DNA from: Thermocrispum agreste DSM 44070
GTDB lineage: Bacteria > Actinomycetota > Actinomycetes > Mycobacteriales > Pseudonocardiaceae
Assembly: GCF_000427905.1 (NCBI RefSeq)
Contig: NZ_ATYX01000008.1
Location: 840-32,839 of the forward strand
Direction: 5' to 3'
DNA: 32,000 bases
The notes below the pieces were generated by a model. That model searched no databases. It was given only the letters and a program-made list of their open reading frames with translations, and was not told the origin of the DNA. Below are positions 26,045 to 32,000 of this stretch, in pieces. A program made the position numbers and the translations under genes. Numbering within the stretch: the first letter of the stretch is position 1; each line of letters begins with the position of its first letter.

Positions 26045-27043
26045 CTAGGTCGTGCGAGCGGCGAGGTAGTCGGCGACGGACTCGCACGCGTCGCGTGCGG
26101 CCGACTCCGGCAACGACGCCAACTCGGCCCTGGCCCGCAGAGTGTATTCGCGCAACGTCTCGCGCGCGTGCCGCAAGCCCGCCGACGAGCGCAGCAGCTC
26201 GATCGCCTCGGCGATCTCGTCGTCGTCGGTGAGCGGGGTCGTCAGCAACTCGATCAGACGGGCATTGTCCTTGTCGTCGTGCAAGGCGTACAGCATCGGC
26301 AGAGTCCGCACGCCTTCGCGCAGATCGGTGCCCTGTTCCTTGCCCAGCACGTCCGATCCGGACGCGATGTCGATGATGTCGTCGGAGATCTGGAACGCGA
26401 CGCCGATGATCGCGCCGAACTTCCGCATGGCGGCCACGTGCTCGGCACTCGCCCCGGACAGCAAGGCCCCGAACCGGCCGGACGTGGCGATCAGCGATCC
26501 GGTCTTCTGGGCGATCACGGTCAGGTAGTGCTGGATCGGGTCCTCGCCGTCGCGCGCCCCCACCGTCTCCCGGATCTGGCCGGTGACCAGCTCGTTCATC
26601 GTCTCCGCGATGATCCGCGTCGGCTCGGTGCCCAGCTGGGCGACCAGCCGCGAGGCGTGCGCGAACAGCAGGTCACCGGTGAGGATCGCCACGGTGTTGT
26701 CCCACCGGGCGTTGGCGCTCTGCGCACCCCGCCGCATGGTGGCCTCGTCCATCACGTCGTCGTGGTAGAGCGTGGCCAGGTGCACCAGCTCGACCGCGGC
26801 CGCGGCGGTGATCACGTCGTCGGATGCCCCGTTGCCGAACTGGCTGGCCAGCAGCGTGAACATGGGCCGGAACCGCTTGCCGCCCGCCTCGGTCAGGTGC
26901 CGCGCCGCGGCGTCGACGAACTCGACGTCACTGCGCACGGCTTCCCGGAGCAGCTTCTCCACCTTCGCCAGGCCGGTGGCCAGCTCGGCAAGCAATGCCT
27001 CGTCGGCGATGCGCAAACCCACTGCGGCCTGCAACTCGGCCAT
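26045..27043 (-). CDS. Polyprenyl diphosphate synthase (heptaprenyl/long-chain, GrcC1/HepT-like)
   Basis: The two aspartate-rich motifs are 'LYHDDVMDE' and 'FQISDDIIDI'. The gene lies directly downstream of nuoN. The start is uncertain: ATG 27043 or GTG 27061, neither with a clear SD. Confidence 0.88.
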   Translation of the reverse strand: MAELQAAVGLRIADEALLAELATGLAKVEKLLREAVRSDVEFVDAAARHLTEAGGKRFRPMFTLLASQFGNGASDDVITAAAAVELVHLATLYHDDVMDEATMRRGAQSANARWDNTVAILTGDLLFAHASRLVAQLGTEPTRIIAETMNELVTGQIRETVGARDGEDPIQHYLTVIAQKTGSLIATSGRFGALLSGASAEHVAAMRKFGAIIGVAFQISDDIIDIASGSDVLGKEQGTDLREGVRTLPMLYALHDDKDNARLIELLTTPLTDDDEIAEAIELLRSSAGLRHARETLREYTLRARAELASLPESAARDACESVADYLAARTT

Positions 27044-27118
27044 GCGCTTGGCGTCAGACACGCCAGTCAGCCTAACGGGCGTCGCCCGGCCCGCTTCCAC
27101 TGGCCGAGGAGCCGGCCG

Positions 27119-28711
27119 TCAGAAGACGAAGCCACCGGCCGACGCCCAGTCGAGCGCGAACGTGGGCACGATCCCGAGCACCAACGTGGCGATGGTGCCG
27201 ACCGCGATCGCCGTCGTGGTGAACACGCCGGGCACCGTCACCGCGGGGCCGTCCGGCGCGGGCTCGCTGAAGTACATCAGCACCACCACGCGCAGGTAGT
27301 AGAACGCCGCGATGGCGCTGGCCACCAGGGCGATCACCACCAGCGGCGCCATCCCGTCGGACAGCGCGGCCTCGAACACCGCGAACTTGCCGACGAAGCC
27401 GCTGGTCAGCGGGATGCCGGCGAGCGCGAGCAGCAGCACCGTGAACGTCGCGGCGACCAGCGGCGACCGCTTGGCCAGGCCGGCCCATGCCGACAGGTCC
27501 GTCGCCTCGCCGCTGGAGTCACGCACCAGCGAGACCACACCGAACGCGGCCAGCGTGGTGAACCCGTAGGCCAGCAGGTAGAACAGCGTGGCCGACAGGC
27601 CGTCCTCGGTCAGCGCCATGGCCCCGACGACCAGGAACCCGGCGTGCGCGATGGACGAGTAGGCGATCATCCGCTTCACGTCGCGCTGGGTCAGGCCCAG
27701 GATGGCGCCGATGGCCATCGACACCACGGCCACCACCGACAGCACGCTGCGCCACTCCCACGAGGTCGACTCGAAGCTGACAGTCAGCACCCGCAGCAGG
27801 CCGCCGAAGGCCGCCACCTTGGTGCAAGCCGCCATGAACGCGGTGACCGGGGTCGGGGCGCCCTGGTAGACGTCCGGGGTCCAGGTGTGGAACGGGCCGA
27901 CCGAGCCCTTGAACAGCAGCCCGATGGCCAGCAGGCCCAGCCCGGCGAACAGCAGCGTGTCGGACCGGTCGGTGCCCTGCGCCGCGACGGCGATGTCCGC
28001 CAGCTTCACCGAGCCCGCGTACCCGTACAGCAAGCCGAGGCCGTACAGGAAGAACGCCGAGGCGAACGCGCCCAGCAGGAAGTACTTGACCGCGGCTTCC
28101 TGGGAGATCAGCCGGCGCCGCCGGGCCAGGCCGCACATCAGGTACAGCGGCAGCGACAGCACCTCGAGCGCGATGAACATGGTGAGCAGGTCGTTCGCCG
28201 CGCAGAAGGTCATCATGCCGCCGAGCGCGAACAGCGTCAGCGGGAAGACCTCGGTCTGCATGCCGGTGAACGTCTGCTCCTTGGTCAGGGTGTCCGTGCC
28301 GCCCGCGGCACCGCCGCGCAGGGCCGCCTTGCTGACGAACGCCCCGCCCGGCTCCACCGACCGGTCGGCGATCAGCAGCAACGCCAGCAGGCCGAGCACC
28401 AGCAACGTGCCCCACAGGAACAGTGCCGGGGTGTCCACCGCCAGCGCGCCGGACGATGCCTCCTCGGCACGGAACGTCGTGGTGCTCTCGAAATCACCCG
28501 TGACGTACACCGCCAGCGCCACACCCGCGCCGACGACCGACGTCAGGCTCAGCGCGACCTGCGCAGGCCAACGCTGGTTCCGCGGCAGCACGGCCTCCAA
28601 CAGCACGCCAACCGCGCCGGCGGTGAAGACGATCAACAGCGGCAGCACGGCCGCGACATCGATACTCGGCACGCCCAACGCAGTGGCGGGACCGCCTTGC
28701 GCGAGGTCCAT
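27119..28711 (-). CDS. nuoN: NADH-quinone oxidoreductase subunit N
   Basis: A polytopic membrane protein of about 530 aa with the 'FHTWTPDVYQGAPTPVTAF' motif of NuoN/ND2. ATG 28711 (or GTG 28714) is preceded by GAAGGAAGG and lies 4-7 nt after the nuoM stop. Confidence 0.92.
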   Translation of the reverse strand: MDLAQGGPATALGVPSIDVAAVLPLLIVFTAGAVGVLLEAVLPRNQRWPAQVALSLTSVVGAGVALAVYVTGDFESTTTFRAEEASSGALAVDTPALFLWGTLLVLGLLALLLIADRSVEPGGAFVSKAALRGGAAGGTDTLTKEQTFTGMQTEVFPLTLFALGGMMTFCAANDLLTMFIALEVLSLPLYLMCGLARRRRLISQEAAVKYFLLGAFASAFFLYGLGLLYGYAGSVKLADIAVAAQGTDRSDTLLFAGLGLLAIGLLFKGSVGPFHTWTPDVYQGAPTPVTAFMAACTKVAAFGGLLRVLTVSFESTSWEWRSVLSVVAVVSMAIGAILGLTQRDVKRMIAYSSIAHAGFLVVGAMALTEDGLSATLFYLLAYGFTTLAAFGVVSLVRDSSGEATDLSAWAGLAKRSPLVAATFTVLLLALAGIPLTSGFVGKFAVFEAALSDGMAPLVVIALVASAIAAFYYLRVVVLMYFSEPAPDGPAVTVPGVFTTTAIAVGTIATLVLGIVPTFALDWASAGGFVF

Positions 28712-28717
28712 CACTCG

Positions 28718-30265
28718 TTACCTTCCTTCACCGACGGAAACGGTGGGTTGCACCGACGGGGTCACGGTGTCCAGCACCGGCTTCGGATAGACACCGAGCC
28801 CGATGATCAACGCGACCAGCGGCACCAGCACGAACAGCTCGCGGCTGCCCACGTCCTTGATGGCCCTGCGGGCCGCGGTTGCGGGCGCCTGCGCGGTGCC
28901 CGGGCCGCCCCCGGCGCCGACCAGCGCGTCACCGCGCACCGGGCCCTGCATGATCCGCTGGTACAGCCACAGCACGTAGATGGCCGCCAGGATCATGCCG
29001 ATGGTCGCCAGCGTCGCGTACACCGGCTGCGCGGCGAACGAGCCGAGCAACACCAGGAACTCGGAGACGAACGCGTTGGTGCCGGGCAGCGACATGGTGG
29101 ACAGGCCCGCGACGAGCAGGAAGCCCGCCAGCAGCGGGGTCACCTTGCTCATGCCGCCGTAGTCCGGGATCTGCGTCGAGCCGCCGCGCGCGATCACCAT
29201 GCCGAGGACGAAGATCAGCATGCCGGTGGCCAGGCTGTGGTTGAGCATGTAGGTCACCGAGCCCACCTGCGCCTGCTCGGTGAACGCGAAGATGCCCAGC
29301 GCGATGAAGCCGAAGTGGGCGATGGACACGTACGCGACGAACCGCTTCATGTCCGTCTGGCCCGCGGCCACGATCGAGGCGTACAGGATGCCCGCCACGC
29401 CCAGCACCAGCACCAGCGGCGCCAGCTCGGCCGAGGCGTCCGGGAACATCGGCAGGCTGTAACGCAGGAAACCGAACGTGCCGACCTTGTCCAGCACGCC
29501 GACCAGGAGCACGGTCACCCCGATCGGCGCCTGCCCGGCGGCGTCCGGCAGCCACGTGTGGAACGGCACCAGCGGCGCCTTCACCGCGAAGGCCACGAAG
29601 AAGCCCAGGAACAGCCAGGTCTGGGTCTCCAGCGGCGCCTGCGACACCGCCTGGGACAGCGTCTGCCAGTCGAACGTGCCCTGGCCGAGCTCGTCGGCGG
29701 CCACCGAGTAGGCGCCGATCGCCGCCGCCAGCATGATCAGGCCGCCGAGGAACGAGTACAGGAAGAACTTGACCGCCGCGTACTGCCGGTTCGAGCCGCC
29801 GTAGTTCCCGATGAGGAAGTACATCGGGACGAGCATGACCTCGAACAGCACGTAGAACAGGAAGACGTCGGTGGCGGCGAACACCGCGATGGTCAAGCTC
29901 TGCTCGAGCAGGATCAGCGACAGGAACCCGCCGGGCGTGCGGCCCCTGGGCAGCTTGTCGGTGATGCCGAACAGCAGCACGATCATCGGCACCAGCACCG
30001 CGATGACCGCGATCATCACCAGCGCGATGCCGTCCACGCCGAACGAGATGTGGATGCCCCACGCCGGGATCCAGTCGATCGACGTGGTCTGCTGCAGCCG
30101 CTCGCCGTCCGGGTCGTAGCTCAGCCACAGCGGCACCACCATGGCCAGCGTGACCAGCGAGAAGGCGAACGCGGTGAGCTTGGCGACCCGGCGGTTGTGC
30201 CGCAACACGGCGACCGCCGCCGAGCCGATCAGCGGTAGCAGGATGAGTGCGAGCAGCCAGGTCAT
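28718..30265 (-). CDS. nuoM: NADH-quinone oxidoreductase subunit M
   Basis: 515 aa with '[17 protein letters not shown]' and '[10 protein letters not shown]', typical of NuoM/ND4. Its ATG overlaps the nuoL stop (ATGA). Confidence 0.95.
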   Translation of the reverse strand: MTWLLALILLPLIGSAAVAVLRHNRRVAKLTAFAFSLVTLAMVVPLWLSYDPDGERLQQTTSIDWIPAWGIHISFGVDGIALVMIAVIAVLVPMIVLLFGITDKLPRGRTPGGFLSLILLEQSLTIAVFAATDVFLFYVLFEVMLVPMYFLIGNYGGSNRQYAAVKFFLYSFLGGLIMLAAAIGAYSVAADELGQGTFDWQTLSQAVSQAPLETQTWLFLGFFVAFAVKAPLVPFHTWLPDAAGQAPIGVTVLLVGVLDKVGTFGFLRYSLPMFPDASAELAPLVLVLGVAGILYASIVAAGQTDMKRFVAYVSIAHFGFIALGIFAFTEQAQVGSVTYMLNHSLATGMLIFVLGMVIARGGSTQIPDYGGMSKVTPLLAGFLLVAGLSTMSLPGTNAFVSEFLVLLGSFAAQPVYATLATIGMILAAIYVLWLYQRIMQGPVRGDALVGAGGGPGTAQAPATAARRAIKDVGSRELFVLVPLVALIIGLGVYPKPVLDTVTPSVQPTVSVGEGR

Positions 30266-32000
30266 CCGAACCTCACCATCAACAGGGCGCCGACCAGCGC
30301 GAAGCCACCGATCAGCATCGTCAGGGCGTAAGACCGGACGAACCCGGTCTGCAGCCTGCGCAGCCGCCCGGAGCTACCGCCGAGCAGCGCCGCCAGACCG
30401 TTCACCAACCCGTCCACGCCACGGTTGTCCACGAACACCAGCGCCCGCGACAGCCAGATGCCTGGGCGGGCGAACAACGCCTCGTTCAGCGCGTTGCCGT
30501 ACAGGTCCGCGCGTGCTGCCCGGACCACCGCGCTGACCTGCTGCGGCCGCTCCACCGGGACGTCCTTGCGGCCCACGAACAGCCAGGCCAGCAGCACACC
30601 GACGGCGGAGATGCCGACCACCAGGAACGGCACCAGCGAGTGGCCGATCACGCCGCCGTGGCTTTCCTGCAGCGCGCCGACCGACGGGGTCAGCCACTCC
30701 GCCAGCGTGTCGCCGAGCGCGAGGAACGCACCCGCCCCGACCGAGCCGACCGCCAGCAGGATCATCGGCACGGTCATCACCGGTGGCGACTCGTGCGGGT
30801 GGTACTCCTTGCCGTCGGCGGTCTTCAGCTCCTGCCAGCGGGCCTTGCCGAAGAACGTCATCAGCACCAGACGGGTCATGTAGAAGGCGGTGATGCCCGC
30901 GCCGAGCAGGGCCGCGCCGCCGAACACCCAGCCGCGCCAGCCTTCCTGGCCGAACGCCGCGGCGATGATGGCGTCCTTGGAGAAGTAGCCCGCGGTGAAC
31001 GGGAAGCCGATCAGGGCCAGGTAGCCGAGACCGAACGTGACGAACGTGATCGGCATCTTCCGCCACAGGCCACCCATGCGCCGGATGTCCAGCTCGCCGT
31101 GCATGCCGTGCGAGACCGACCCGGCGCCGAGGAACAGCCCCGCCTTGAAGAAGCCGTGGGTGAGCAGGTGCATGATGCCCAGCGCGTAGCCGAACGGACC
31201 GAGCCCGACGGCCAGCATCATGTACCCGATCTGGCTCACCGTGGAGTAGGCCAGCACCTTCTTGATGTCGTCGTAGGCGCAGCCGATGATCGCGCCGAGC
31301 AGCAGGGTGAACGCGCCGACAAGCGCCACCGCCAGCTGCGCGTCCGGGTTCGCGTTGTAGATCGGGGAGGACCGGGCCACCAGGTAGACGCCGGCGGTCA
31401 CCATGGTCGCCGCGTGGATGAGCGCGGAGACCGGGGTCGGGCCCTCCATCGCGTCCGGCAACCAGGCCTGCAGCGGGAACTGGCCGGACTTGCCGCACGC
31501 ACCGAGCAGCAACAGCAGGCCGATGGCCAGCACCACGTTCTGGTCCACCTGGCCGATGCCTGCGAAGACCTCGCTGTACTGGGTCGACCCGATGTGCGAC
31601 CACATCAGGAAGATGGCCAGCGCAAGGCCGACGTCGCCGACCCGGTTCATCACGAACGCCTTCTTGGCCGCGGTGGCCGCCGCCGGCTTGTTCTGGTACC
31701 AGCCGATCAGCAGGTAGGAGGCCAGGCCGACGCCTTCCCAGCCCAGGTACAACGTCACGAAGCCGTTGCCGAGCACCAGGATGAGCATCGCCGCGACGAA
31801 CAGGTTGAAGTACCCGAAGAAGCGACGACGGCCGGGGTCGTCGGCCATGTAGCCGGTGGCGTAGATGTGGATCAGCGACCCGACGCCGGTGATCAGCAGC
31901 ACGAAGGCCAGCGACAGCGCGTCGATGCGCAGCCCGAACTCGACCTGCAGGTCGGACACCGGAATCCAGGAGAAGACCGTGGTGTCCTGGGTCGATCCGT
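30262..32000 (-). CDS. nuoL: NADH-quinone oxidoreductase subunit L (5' end outside the window)
   Basis: '[38 protein letters not shown]' is the NuoL/ND5 signature. The frame stays open upstream of the track's GTG at 31959 (...[23 protein letters not shown]), so the true N-terminus lies beyond position 32000. Confidence 0.93.
   Translation of the reverse strand, partial: GSTQDTTVFSWIPVSDLQVEFGLRIDALSLAFVLLITGVGSLIHIYATGYMADDPGRRRFFGYFNLFVAAMLILVLGNGFVTLYLGWEGVGLASYLLIGWYQNKPAAATAAKKAFVMNRVGDVGLALAIFLMWSHIGSTQYSEVFAGIGQVDQNVVLAIGLLLLLGACGKSGQFPLQAWLPDAMEGPTPVSALIHAATMVTAGVYLVARSSPIYNANPDAQLAVALVGAFTLLLGAIIGCAYDDIKKVLAYSTVSQIGYMMLAVGLGPFGYALGIMHLLTHGFFKAGLFLGAGSVSHGMHGELDIRRMGGLWRKMPITFVTFGLGYLALIGFPFTAGYFSKDAIIAAAFGQEGWRGWVFGGAALLGAGITAFYMTRLVLMTFFGKARWQELKTADGKEYHPHESPPVMTVPMILLAVGSVGAGAFLALGDTLAEWLTPSVGALQESHGGVIGHSLVPFLVVGISAVGVLLAWLFVGRKDVPVERPQQVSAVVRAARADLYGNALNEALFARPGIWLSRALVFVDNRGVDGLVNGLAALLGGSSGRLRRLQTGFVRSYALTMLIGGFALVGALLMVRFG

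Noticed and set aside
26168-30238. 1356-aa plus-strand ORF, the longest in the window
   Set aside because: It is antisense to the polyprenyl synthase, nuoN and nuoM, which carry unmistakable family motifs. Its product is an Arg/Gly/Asp/His/Gln-rich string with no hydrophobic structure. This is a typical stop-poor shadow frame of high-GC DNA.

Overview
High-GC actinomycete-type chromosomal DNA; housekeeping genes have almost exclusively G/C-ending codons, but the taxon cannot be proven from sequence alone. I support about 27 protein genes, one tRNA-Tyr and several small structural or repeat elements. Most of the window is core metabolism and envelope functions. In order: a membrane GGDEF diguanylate cyclase; a GlcD-like FAD oxidase; a PadR plus membrane-protein operon divergent from a membrane protein / Tat-lipoprotein multicopper oxidase / lipoprotein set; a YdjM-like hydrolase; a BCCT transporter; tRNA-Tyr; yajQ; rmlA; DoxX; htpX; a DDAH-like amidinotransferase divergent from Lrp/AsnC; a crotonase; korAB; a very long acidic disordered membrane protein; a polyprenyl diphosphate synthase; and nuoN-nuoM-nuoL (nuoL runs off the window). 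No CRISPR array, transposase, integrase or recognisable defence gene was seen. The only stretch that looks accessory is about 12.6-15.6 kb, between rmlA and doxX. It holds an XRE-HTH regulator with a long all-alpha C-terminal domain, followed by three abutting micro-ORFs (stop/start junctions TGA|ATG and ATGA). Divergent from these is a YpsA/SLOG-like gene split by a frameshift. This is my best candidate for something undescribed, but the evidence is architectural only and parts of it look decayed. Other unexplained items are a 584-nt doxX-htpX spacer with 3x29-nt and 2x15-nt tandem repeats, and a roughly 770-nt gene-free stretch upstream of htpX with a perfect 11-bp hairpin. All domain calls come from motif recognition by eye; no database search was run.
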